This document shows, one piece after another, positions 1-11,659 of a DNA stretch of 64,000 nucleotides. Position numbers and translations under genes: made by a program. This stretch comes from Monocercomonoides exilis PA203 (Eukaryota > Protista > Preaxostyla): contig LSRY02000011.1 of the NCBI GenBank assembly GCA_001643675.2, forward strand, positions 930,001-994,000. The letters are read 5' to 3'. The notes below the pieces were generated by a model. That model had not been told where the DNA came from. It did not search any database and saw nothing but the letters and a program-made list of their open reading frames with translations. Numbering within the stretch: the stretch's first letter is position 1; every line of letters starts with the position of its first letter.

Positions 1-443
1 CGCAAATAAAAATAATTGATTAAGTTTTTTGTTTTATAGTAAATGGGTCGGAAGAAGATATACGCAACTGTGGAAGAAGCGAAAGCGGCTCAACAGAAAC
101 AAATTAAACAGTTTCAGGAAAAACATAAAGAAGAAACTAAGTGTTACAACGAACATGTATCTGAAAAACAGAAGAAGTTGATGAAGATATTGAGGAGAAA
201 GCTTATCGAAAATTACGAGCTGTTAGATGAGATGATGGAAAAAGTTAATGGTTAAGGTGAATGTGTTTAATTTTGGTTAAAAGAGTTAATTGTTTTGCCT
301 GGACGGGTTAAACTGGGCAGGTAATAAGTGTGTGCTGTGGCGTGGAAATATTGGGTTAAATCTCCTAGCTTTTCACCTGTACCGGGTGCACCGGGTCAAT
401 TCCATTCTCCAAAATATGTGGACAAACGGGCAAAGAGAGCAAA
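1..443. repeat. Left arm of perfect inverted repeat (partner 2914-3356)
   Basis: Direct base comparison; an identical 70-aa ORF is present in both arms. Confidence 0.95.
43..255 (+). CDS. Small basic coiled-coil protein encoded in the inverted repeat (copy 1)
   Basis: Intact ATG-TAA 70-aa ORF MGRKKIYATVEEAKAAQQKQ..., charged helical composition, A-rich context before the ATG. Confidence 0.5.
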   Translation: MGRKKIYATVEEAKAAQQKQIKQFQEKHKEETKCYNEHVSEKQKKLMKILRRKLIENYELLDEMMEKVNG

Positions 444-497
444 GTGGGCAAAATTCATTTAATGAGTAAAAACAAAACAGTAACATTTCTGTTATTA

Positions 498-2770
498 TTA
501 ATTATCCTCTTCTTCGAATATCGTTTGTTTGCACATTTGTTTGCATTCATCTTTCAATATAAAATGCCATGATCGTATTCCATTTATAGATTTTTGTTTA
601 CGTTCACATTTATCTTTCAGTTGCAGTTGGAAGTTCTTGTCTTTAATTTCAACAGGTTTACAGAGGAGAGCTTCTGTACAATTCATTCCAACATATAGCT
701 CGTCGTAATGATTGCAAATCCACATTTCCAACGGACTTTTGCTTGCTTCTATAATATCTATTTTAGCCTCTGTCATTGGTATTGATCTAACGTTAAATGG
801 AGAAAGGTCTTTGTTCATCAAATATGTGAGCAAATTGTCATTAAACTCTGTCGTAAATGAAAAACATAGCTGTTTGAAATAATCGAAATTGTTCTTGTAT
901 TTACCGTTACATGCAAGAACAACATATCTGCGATCGCCTGTTTCTATCTTTACAGGAAATGAGTGGTTTGTAATAAATATAAAATTAGCCACATTCTCGG
1001 CGGTTCTACGAGGTTGATTCTTCTCGTTTATTCTAGTAAAGTTTTTTGTTATTACAGACTTCAACGCATTGAAATTTGCTTATTTATCGTCTCCACAATT
1101 TTTCAGTTCATTCAAAACTATCATCATTTTGGTTTCAACAACAGAGTTGAAGTTTCCAGTTAATTCTCCAATTTCTGTGACATTTCTCCTTGAATAACAA
1201 GCGAATAGTTCATATATAACATCTGTGGATCTGTTTTTCCCAATACCTTGAACACCTTTCAATGTTAATGTTGTTTCATTTTTCATTCCAGAGTGTTGAA
1301 CAATGGTTGCAATCCAGTTAATAACATATTCATATTCGTTGTCGTTGGAATCAGTAATTACCTCTCGAACAAAGTCAAGAAACATTGAGATTATTTCCAT
1401 AACTTCATGTTCTCGTAAATTGTATTTGAAACCTTGAAATATTGAGAATACATTAGCTGTATCTTTTGCGTTAAACACAATACCTTGCAATGTTCGTTTC
1501 GACAAACAAGACAGTAGAATGTCTTATGCTGTTGTTGTTTTATGTTCAGTTTACCACAGTTTAATCATTTTTAAATTACGTGTCATATTTATGTCTGAAA
1601 CAATCGTTATTCCCTAACGTTTGTATTATATATTGAAATCTTTTTGAATATACATTGCACCTGTTTCAATAAGTCATATATAACTCTCGACAAATAACTA
1701 ATAACATCATCAGCTATTTTGAATTGTTTTGTCTCAGTTTTTCGTCGAATGTCTGTCATGAAAAACGAATCAGACATATCAAATGGTTTAACGATGTTGC
1801 TGACGTTTCTCAGAAACGGTAATATCTCGTTTGTGTTATAGTCATTATTCAATATCTTGAACGTATTAACTAATACAAATGCCGATGACCTCAAACATCT
1901 GTGTCGTTGTTTTGCAACATAATAGTTATCACGAGCTTTAGCTGTTAAATTGTCACTGTTTTGTACTCTGCAGTAAGCTTATTCGATATGCTCATTCGGT
2001 AATGAATTAATTGCTTGAAACAGTGTGAAAAACGTGACTTCTCTGTTGATTGGCATATTTCCCGCATCGTTACGAATGACAAAACATTCCAACCCGTTGA
2101 CTAAAACATTAACTAATTCGTCACTGATATTGTCATTGTCGTAATCTAATTTTACAATATTATCTATTTCATCAGATGTTTTAATATACAGTTTCAAGGA
2201 GAGATCGTTTAATATTTCATTAACATTTCGTGTAATTGCTGAGTCAAACAAACCTCTAACAAGCTAATAAACATTTGTCTTTGATCGATGATCCTTACGC
2301 ACTTTACTGTTTGGTAATACAATTAATGATCGTTTGCTTTCATCCAACGACGTCATGATATCTACATCAAATTCATCGCAAGTGTAACATTTAATCATTC
2401 TATTGAAGTTGGCGTAAAAGTCATCGGTATTTGCATAAATGTGAAATCCCCCAGAAGCTGTTTGAACAACGACATCGTCTTCATCAAGTTTGTTTAATAT
2501 TTTTGATCTGATAGATTGTTAAGACTCATCGTCTAACGATTTGTTAATGTCAATGTAGATAACAGTTAAATTTGACACTTTGTTCACCAATACTGCTCTT
2601 TCAGTAACAACAGAGCCACTGCCTCCATCGTGCTTTTGATAATTGTATAAGTCAACAACGTAAGAATCAATTTTTTCATTCAATGTTTTTTCTTCCATGC
2701 TAAAAAGGAGTTGAACCGTTTCGCTGTTTTTACCGATTATTTCGATTATGCTTTTGCTCACGGTTGCCAA
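498..2770 (-). pseudogene. AEP primase-polymerase fused to a D5/SF3-type helicase, pseudogenised
   Basis: The ORF fragments join into one ~755-codon frame with about 9 stops and one frameshift near 1680. Motifs: VIYIDIN (eroded DxD), VQTASGGFHIY (AEP His motif, ~2437-2470), Walker A GVQGIGKN, Walker B MIVLNE, motif C FIFITN, arginine finger GDRR. Confidence 0.85.
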
Positions 2771-2913
2771 TTTTTTTAGAAATTAAAAAAAAATTTTTTT
2801 TGTAACAGATTTATTTTAGAAACGAAAATTTACGGGAAAGATGATAGTTAGATTAATGTCGAATATAAACGATTACAATTCATTTTTTCACATTAAATGT
2901 ATTTTTTGCCCAA

Positions 2914-3356
2914 TTTGCTCTCTTTGCCCGTTTGTCCACATATTTTGGAGAATGGAATTGACCCGGTGCACCCGGTACAGGTGAAAAGCTAGGAGATTTA
3001 ACCCAATATTTCCACGCCACAGCACACACTTATTACCTGCCCAGTTTAACCCGTCCAGGCAAAACAATTAACTCTTTTAACCAAAATTAAACACATTCAC
3101 CTTAACCATTAACTTTTTCCATCATCTCATCTAACAGCTCGTAATTTTCGATAAGCTTTCTCCTCAATATCTTCATCAACTTCTTCTGTTTTTCAGATAC
3201 ATGTTCGTTGTAACACTTAGTTTCTTCTTTATGTTTTTCCTGAAACTGTTTAATTTGTTTCTGTTGAGCCGCTTTCGCTTCTTCCACAGTTGCGTATATC
3301 TTCTTCCGACCCATTTACTATAAAACAAAAAACTTAATCAATTATTTTTATTTGCG
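2914..3356. repeat. Right arm of perfect inverted repeat (partner 1-443)
   Basis: Direct base comparison. Confidence 0.95.
3102..3314 (-). CDS. Small basic coiled-coil protein encoded in the inverted repeat (copy 2)
   Basis: Identical to the ORF at 43-255. Confidence 0.5.
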   Translation of the reverse strand: MGRKKIYATVEEAKAAQQKQIKQFQEKHKEETKCYNEHVSEKQKKLMKILRRKLIENYELLDEMMEKVNG

Positions 3357-3473
3357 ATTTTCACCAACGCTCACACCTTCAACATACAACACATGTTCAC
3401 ACTAATTCACTATCTTCGACACTCCAGTTAATCTTTCAGTTAATCTTTTAGCTAATCTTCTCCTTGGAGATAT

Positions 3474-3707
3474 GGTATGTCAGCTATAGATACATATCGA
3501 TTACGCAGTCAATAACTCCTTCATTATGGAACATCACTGAAAATCAAATCATGATAAACCCCTAAGAATATCAGCAATAACTCTCGATCTCTACCTATTA
3601 TCATTGCCTATTCCAACTTATTATACAAGATGATAACAACCATCAGATAAACATAAATAGATAATATTGATTGATCTTTATCGAGATGGATCTATAGCTG
3701 ATATACC
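3474..3707. mobile_element. MITE, 28-bp TIR (GGTATGTCAGCTATAGAT...), ATAT TSD
   Basis: TIR pair with 3 mismatches; ATAT on both flanks. Confidence 0.7.
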
Positions 3708-3989
3708 ATATCTCTCATATTTAATCAACAAAACAATAGCAAATTATAAAAAATTAACTGAAAATAAACAAACACGAATTCGCGATATTTTTAGTGTCGA
3801 TTTCCTCGAAATATATAGACTCAAAACAATTAGATTGATCTGGTATATCATATATTTATTTTTTGCAATTAAACAATTTGATCCTTCAAAAACAACTTTC
3901 GCCAAATAAAAGAAAATCAAAATAAATTAGAAAGCACATTTATACAATAAAAAACCGTTGTTATCGAGAAATTTGTCTGTTACTAAGAC

Positions 3990-5000
3990 GCGTTTTCGCA
4001 CAAGATTATGTGCAACTTGCAGAACAATCATGAAGGTCGAGAAAATTGATCAAAGGAGAAGATGGAAATGCAGCAAATGTTCAAAATGCATTTCATTGCT
4101 ATCTGAAACAGCGTTTTTCAAAAAATATTTGGAAATTTTAGATCATAATCAAAATTATTTGTATTTTTCATATTGACACACAAATTTATCAAGCAAGTTT
4201 ATTAACAAATGCAAGCATGATATTTGTTGGCTATTATTAATCAATTGCTCATGCAAGTTTTTCTTCGTATTCCAAGACAATTTTACAGAAGCTTGGAGGT
4301 TAAGAGGTAATTGTGGAGATTGATGAAGCCATATTCAGGAAAAGGAAATATCACAAGGGAAAGATAAAAGCACATATTTGGATATTTGGCATGATCGAAA
4401 GGAACGTTGAAGGAAAGAAACGAAAAATTTAACTTCTGAAAGTGCCAAATAGAAAGAAAAGCATATTAATTCCGATCATCCAGACAAATGGGATCGAAGG
4501 AACGAAGATCTTCTCCGATGAATGGAAAGCATATCAGTGTGTTGAGACATTGGGATATAAACATTTGACGGGATGTCACAAATACAACTTTCGTGATCCT
4601 CTCACTGGAACTTGCACAAATTCGAAAGAAGGAACTTGCAGTTTGCTAAGAAAAAGTTTCCCTCGAACAGGAGTCAAAACAAGATTTGTTGATGATTTTA
4701 ATAATGAGTTTCGTTGGAAAAAGAGATGAAAATTTAACAATAAAAGAATTTCTCTCTCATGTCTTTTAATACTAACCAACAAATGACACAAACGATGAAG
4801 AATCAGAAAATGAGATCGAGGAAGTCATCACAATGGAGATTGATGATGATGAAAAAAGTGATCATAAAGAAACAAGTGATGTTGATGTTCCAGCCATTGA
4901 ATTTGAAGATAACATGGATGATGATATCGATCCTTTTGGAGAAGGAGATGGAAGTGATGCATCATCCTTTAAGGATGATAAAGAATTATGATATTTTCTT
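3990..5000 (+). pseudogene. Merlin/IS1595(ISXO2)-family DDE transposase remnant
   Basis: Zn ribbon CATC...WKCSKC; VEIDEAIFRKRKYHKGK..WIFGMIER (~4310-4405); IFSDEWKAY..LGYKH..HKYNFRDP.TGTCTNSKEG; acidic tail. Broken by stops and frameshifts. Confidence 0.88.
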
Positions 5001-5027
5001 CTTCACAAGCAACTTTTCATAAGAAGT

Positions 5028-5282
5028 GGGTGATCATTTTCGAAAACATATTTTTTCTTTCAAAATTTTCGATTAAAAAAGATCCTTTGAATATTAACAA
5101 ATAACCATTGAAAAGAAAAAAGGCTTATATATAACGTCTTTATATTGATATCAGCCAAAACATTGGCTTTTGAAACACTTGTGGAATATTTAGCTTTTGA
5201 ATTGAATATCTCTTCCGAACGAAAAACGATCTTTAAAAAAATAACACACAGACAAAAGTTTTGATTTCAAAAACAATCACGC
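5028..5282. mobile_element. ~256-bp GGGTGAT-ended MITE (degenerate copy)
   Basis: Ends GGGTGATCATTTTCGAAAAC / GATTTCAAAAACAATCACGC; flanks AAGT/AAAT; interior similar to 43277-43531. Confidence 0.65.
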
Positions 5283-7581
5283 AAATAGTTATTTCTTTAT
5301 AAAATTTTCTTTTATTCCATTTAAAAATATGTTCTTTTTTTTCGAATTTCTTTTTATTAAATAATAAAAATATTTATTATGGGAATTTTTTAAAAAAAAA
5401 TATTTTTCTGAAAACAAAAGTTTGCTCAAATTTTCGGAGTTGAGTATTTTTAATTAATCACATTAAAAACTATTATACAAAAAAATCTTCTTAAAAACAG
5501 AATATGAACGAATAAGATAAGTTGTCATTAGCCATGTTTGTGTAAGAAAAAAAAATGATTACTAATAATATAAAATATTTCCATGATTTCAGTTACATTA
5601 CAGAAATCTTTCGAATTTATAAAACCAGTCGATATTTTACAATGCCAAAACAAGATAAACTTCAATTTATTTTTTCAAAAAGTGTTTTTATTTTTCACAA
5701 TTTTCAATTACAATCTTGTTAGAAATAATCATCAAATATGCTTGCAAGACATTTAGAAAAAAATTGAAATTTGGAAACAACCCAAAGATTTTTAATTAAA
5801 CTTTTTTTGATGGAAAGAATACCTTTTTTTTACATTTTATATTCTTTTGCAAAAGTTATTTTTAAATTACGCGCGAAACAAGAAAAAACTATTTGGTAAT
5901 GGTGAAAAACGATGATGAAAACGATGAACAATAAAATAATGCTTTTGAACAAATCTTTTATCTTACAAAAAAATTGGAAATATAATTTCACAAATTCATT
6001 CGTTCTTTTTATGGAATTCAGATTATTGATTGAAATGAAAAAAATTATTGTTCGAAAAAGAAACAAAAAACTATAAAACAAGCTTTTTGAACAATGCAAG
6101 GAATGAACTTTTAATTTCAAATAAAAAATTTATCAAGGATTGATATAATAGATCAATTCGTTGCAGAAAAAAAAGAAGTTTATTATTGTTAAATGAACAA
6201 CACACACAAATCAACTTTGAGATATCGAGCATGCATCGATTGGAATGAGCAAGAAAGAATTGGTAGCGATGATATTTAGGAACTGGTTCAAAAAGTGTTT
6301 ACCAAATATCAGATGTCAAGAAAAACTTTGGACAACATCATCAAAGAATGGAATCGTTTGAATCATTTTTTTTTCATTAATTGCTTTTTAAATAATGATG
6401 ATCTCCTATATCCTGATTCGACGAAATATGATACGTTTTGCCTAATACTCAGTCAATCTTTATATTTTGAAAAAGTATTTATCAATCGTTTTTTGTTCAT
6501 CAATTATTCATTTGAAAACGATAAAAATACAATCGCTCTTGAGATTTTCACCATTTGATATTTTAAAAAAAAACATATTCGAAGTATCAAGCGGGATGCT
6601 CAGTAATATAAAAAAACTGCTGCTCCAAAATTTCGATGAAATATTTGAACCAAATAAATCAAAAGAACCAATGCGCAAAGCAGGTTTAATTTTCTTTTCA
6701 ACTCATCACACAATGATTTTTTATAACCTTATTTTTTTTTCCCCAGGACTAAGTGAGGATGATTGGAAAAAAGGAAATAAATGGATAAAAGCTCATTTAG
6801 CTGAATGTTCAGCAAAAGTGTAAATAAAATTGAAACGAAACATTCTTGAAGATGAGATCAAATATTTAGAAGAAAGTGCGTGGGATGAATAAATAGCTAT
6901 CTCTGCAACGGAACATCAAAAATTTAACCTCAAGGATTGGAATAATATTAATGAAACGTCGATTTCTCATAGCTATAAGCTATCAAAGGAGTTACCATCA
7001 ACCCCTCACTTTCCAGTTGAAAATTCAGACAGCAACTCCTTTGTCAACACTTTTATTAATATTCGTAAGATTATTTCATCCAAACCAAAATTAAAAGGCT
7101 ATCCGAAAGATGGAAACAATGTTGACACAATCAAAGGAATTGCGCAAACTGAAAATACTCACATTAATGGAAATAAATTGATGAGTGATTCTAATACAAA
7201 TTTAAATATCATTTCTGATGGTTTCGAACATGCAAAACTTTTTGACAAACATGAGCATTCACCTTCATTAGTTCCACCTTTCTATTTCAAAAATCAAAAA
7301 TTCTACAATTTTGAAAATTGTGAAATTTCAACTGAAAAACTCTATATGTGTCGAAAAAATTTGTTTGATTGAAAAAAAAGATAAAACTTGTGCAAATAAT
7401 CAGTTTTTGTTCAATGATAATTACTTGTTATGTCATCCCCTTTTGACATATGAACAGTAAACGCCAACGTTTGACTCATCGAAAAAAACAGATCAGCCAG
7501 ACAATGTATTTTTTATTTTGATATATAAAACAAATCTCATTTCAATGAAAGGATGAAATAAAAAAAGAAAATATATTAATT

Positions 7582-7821
7582 GGGTGATTCTTTTTGAAAA
7601 GTCACAAATGTTTAATTTTCAAATAAATCTAAAATTTCATATTTTGCTCAAATTTCTGTTTCAGCTCACAAACATCCTCAAGAATGTTTGAAATAGCATC
7701 ATCCAGAAATAGATTCCTTATAAATGTAGTTTGATATTAGTTAACAGAAATTTGAGCAAAATATGAAAATTATATTTTATTTGAAAATTAAACATTTGTG
7801 ACTTTTCAAAAAGAATCACCC
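7582..7821. mobile_element. 240-bp MITE with ~80-bp TIRs, AATT TSD
   Basis: GGGTGATTCTTTTTGAAAAGTCAC...GTGACTTTTCAAAAAGAATCACCC flanked by AATT; sibling at 18401-18640. Confidence 0.88.
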
Positions 7822-7989
7822 AATTCATAACCGCACAATATGCGGGTTGAACATTTTGGAAACACTTGTTGCATTGCAAGTCTTTTGAAAGCATGATCAT
7901 TTGTGATTGGATTCATTTCTCAATTATTGATAAAGAATTCGGTTCACAATGAACTGACTGAAGAATTTTCACAGATATTACATTCAAAA

Positions 7990-8750
7990 CTGTCAAAGGA
8001 ATTATTATGTGATCGCTGAAATTCAGCTTTCATGGATGAATATTAAAAACATTCTGGGTTTGAAAAACGGTCACAACAAAACGTGACAGAAGCTTATGGA
8101 CTTATTCTTCAATTGCTGTTTTCCAACAACTGTTTTCAACAAGAAGACTTTTTATCAGTTGCATCTGTGTGTAGGAATTGCTTAGATTGTCAAATATTAA
8201 CGAAGAATACACTATCGAGGATCAAATATTGAATCGTTTATGATAATTCAGTAAAATTAGGATTAATCAAAAAAACTTCTGATGAATTCTTGATTCATCC
8301 GAACAAGGATTGGGGCAAATATTGTCAATACAATAATGATGCTGTTCGCTGGATTGTTATTATGTCATTTCCAGATGTTCTTTCTTTTTCTCATAAAACT
8401 GGATCAAAAACAAATTCCATCCCTTCGAAAACATTATTATTCAAATCAAACCAACTTAAACACACACTTAAATTTCTGAGCGAGTGCAAGAAGATTAATT
8501 CTTTAACAGAAATCCAGATTCATACAGCTGCACTTTCATTGCTCAGATCTTGCACAAACAATTGTGTAACTTATCAGGACATTACATAACAGTCATTAGG
8601 AATGTGGATGAAGCATATGAAAGTTGGAGTGCATGTGATGATGGGATGATAAGCTTTATAGATAATCAAAATTTGTTGGAACAATGGGCTTTCATGCAAA
8701 AGCAAGGAAACAAGCCATCCTTAACATTATATTCAAAAAAACACAGAAAA
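7990..8750 (+). pseudogene. Degraded ubiquitin-specific protease (C19 peptidase)-like sequence
   Basis: Across frames, in the expected order: eroded Cys box (~7995-8030), QQNVTEAYGLILQLL (QQD-x-E-like, ~8075), CRNC, FPDVL, His box SGHYITVIR...W...DD (~8575-8645). Confidence 0.55.
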
Positions 8751-9564
8751 AAAGATGATATTAATCACAAAAAAGTGGTTCGGCAAACAATATTTTAACA
8801 GTTTTTTCTTCTCAAATTGTTTTCGAAGGAGCAACGAAATATTCAAATAAATGTTCATATTTGGCATCATTTCATTTTCAAATTCCAAGTTATTCAAAAA
8901 CACATCGCTTCAATCAGTATTCAAAAGTTGTTTCGCAATTTAAAAAGCTACTAATCTTCGAACCAAAAAATAAAGCTTTGGTTTATATTTAAATGTTTTT
9001 TTATAATAAAAAGTTTAACAAAGTTCTGAGTGAAACAAGCTTTTGATGATTTGTGAAAAAACAGCAAATAGTCCATATTTTCCCCCATCTGTTGTAACTT
9101 TGTTGTTCTCTGATTAAAAATAAAACACAAAAAAAGATTGAACATTATTTGTTCTTTTCTTGATAAATATTATGACTCAGAAAACTGTTGAAAAATTGAA
9201 GGTTGTTCAATCGACAATTAAATATTTACATATTTCGACATTTGAAAAATCTTAAATCATAAACTCAACGAAAAACCTCACATTTATTTAGAAACAAACA
9301 TGTTTTTTGATTGTCTTCCCTGGGAGGCTGATTTTGGACCAAAAGTTTTCAAGAAACTGTGTTGGACCGGTCGCATCACAGTTTCAGGATGGAATCAATC
9401 TTGCTTCATAAATTTCACTCATTAGTTTGATAAGATGCACCAATGAGCATTTGTTAGAAACAAATTTTCAATAGCTTAAGCAACGGACATGCAAAAAAAA
9501 AAATCATTCGTATAAATAATTTCTATCAATAGTCAAAAAAAAAAAATCTCAAAATATATAATTA

Positions 9565-9821
9565 GGGTGATTATTTTTGAAATCATAACTTTTTTCGGAG
9601 TGTTGAATTTTCAAAGGTTATTTGTTTTTTGAAAGAAAATTTTAATTCGAAACAGAAAAAGAATGATAATTGCTTTTAAAAACAAATGGTTTTTCCGAAT
9701 TAAATATTTAAATGCATTCAACAAGCCTTTTCACTTTTCAATGATCATATGCTAATATTCAAGATAAGTTTTTTAACCGAAAATTATGTGTGAAAAAATA
9801 TGATTTCAAAGATAATCACCC
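9565..9821. mobile_element. 257-bp GGGTGATT-ended MITE
   Basis: TIR GGGTGATTATTTTTGAAATCATA / TATGATTTCAAAGATAATCACCC; flanks ATTA/ATTT; interior similar to 36953-37211. Confidence 0.85.
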
Positions 9822-10869
9822 ATTTACAAAAAAAAAAAAATTAGATCTCACATTTATCAAATTGAATTTCCTATTTTGCATAATACAACTTTTTAAGCGA
9901 ATTTTTTATATTTCCTTGTGTTTTTTTTATCTGTGATGCTTCTTTCATGAAAATTCCTTTCCTCCTTTCCTCTGGAATTCTCAGATGAACACTCAGATAG
10001 GATAATTTGTTCTTCTCGCTTTTCATAAAATAGAAAAGTCTTTCTTACTTTTGTTTGATTTTATTTCCATCTGAGTTTGTTTCCTGGAGTATATCAAAGA
10101 CAACAAGTTCAAGTTAAAAAAAAAACATAATTAAACAATAATCAAACAAGAAAAAATGTCGAGTTGTTTGATGATAATAATCCGAGTAAATCAGCTGTAT
10201 ATCATAAGCTAGATAAGTGTGTTGTTCCAGAAAAGTCACATGATCATTTTTGTTATTGATGGAATAATTAATTTCACTATTGTTTTTGCCACAGTTTGTC
10301 AAATTACTTAATTTTCCATCATATACAGTTTGACCATATTTCTCACAGAAAAAGGAGAGAGTTTTTTGTTTTCATTTAACTATGGAAGAGTTGCTTGAGA
10401 GAAGAAAATGAAGAACATGAGAATTCCAAAAGCACGCTCCCGTTTCTCAAAATAAAAAAAAATAAAAATAAAAAATATAAAAACGGAGAGTTTTCTTTTC
10501 TATAATAATAGCATTTTCCAAAACTTGCTTTAAACATACGAAGGTGAAGCAGTTGTTGTGAAAAAGAGTGTTTGAGAAGAAGTTAGAAACGTGTGACACC
10601 TTATTCACATTCTTGTTGAAAATGGAAACGAAAGTGCAAAATTGGGAAATTTCCAATATTTCAGAATAGTCACTGTTTTTTTATTCTTGCTAATTTGGAG
10701 TGACAAGTTTCTTTGAAGTTAAATAAAACGAATGCCTCTGTGAATGAAAGATTCGTTTTTATTTAAGTGAAATGCTTTCGTTGATTTGATGTGAGGAAAT
10801 GATGCATCTCTACAAGTTTCATGGTTGATGTTCTTGATAATTCAAAGTTTGCGATTGAGTTTTCAAATA

Positions 10870-11324
10870 CAGTCCAAATTGGATACAATTCCATCGGGTT
10901 TTGCACGACTTTTTGTGTCTATATCAGATTGTGATTATATACGACGTGACATTACGCAGATAAAAGAATAAATGAATTTTTGAAATTATTTATTAATTAA
11001 TAGTCAATTTTTGCATTTTGTATTATTCTTCACAAATACACATTTTTCAATAGGAATAACAATTTTTTTATGTTTTTTAATGTTACTCAGACTTATTTCA
11101 TCATAATCTTGAAAAATCAAAAATTTTACATTTATTATAAAAAAATAAATAATTTATAGAAAAAAATTCCCATTATAATAAAAAATGTGATTTTATATTT
11201 TCAGCCCTGTGATTATACGCGATGGAAAATATATGAAAAATAGGACAAAAATGTCGGTGCATCGAAAAATGTGACAATAAACGATGCTGATAATATTCGA
11301 TGTGATTATATCAAGGTTTGAATG
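10870..11324. mobile_element. ~455-bp Tc1/pogo-type non-autonomous element (CAGTC termini, TA target), copy 1
   Basis: Starts ta|CAGTCCAAATTGGATA; direct-repeat homolog at 42234-42683, which ends GACTG|ta. Confidence 0.75.
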
Positions 11325-11659
11325 TTGTCCTCTATCTTCTTCAAATCATTCAGCTTCTCTCAAAAGAAACATAAGTCAGTTAACCGAGTTGACCTTTTGA
11401 CTTGTTTTGCCTTATTCTTTTGAAACAACTTTTCGACATTTTAGTATTTGCTGGTCCAATAAACATTTCAAGCAAATGTTCTTTTGAAGTGTTGATTATC
11501 CTCACTTGTCACCTTCTTATCTGTGAATGTGTGTTATTTGTTATGTTTTGAATGAACTAATTTTCAATGTTTATCTTTTGAAAATCTTGATATTTGTTAT
11601 TGAAAGGTGTTGATTAGAACTGATTTTAATTGGATGATTCGTTTTAAGTTTTGCTTGAT

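Larger units (their letters stand above)
1..3356. mobile_element. Long-inverted-repeat element carrying a decayed primase-polymerase/SF3 helicase gene (Polinton/linear-plasmid/virus-like); left end may extend beyond the window
   Basis: 1-443 is the reverse complement of 2914-3356 (coordinate sum 3357), with an imperfect inward extension to ~472/2883. The interior encodes AEP and SF3 helicase motifs. No TSD can be assessed because the window starts inside the arm. Confidence 0.7.

Noticed and set aside
498-2770. Eight of nine in-frame stops in the primase-helicase are TAA/TAG, hinting at a TAR=Gln genetic code
   Set aside because: The gene also has a frameshift, a TGA and eroded catalytic residues, TAA is the expected stop in decaying AT-rich DNA, and intact genes in the window have long TAR-free frames and end in TAA/TAG.
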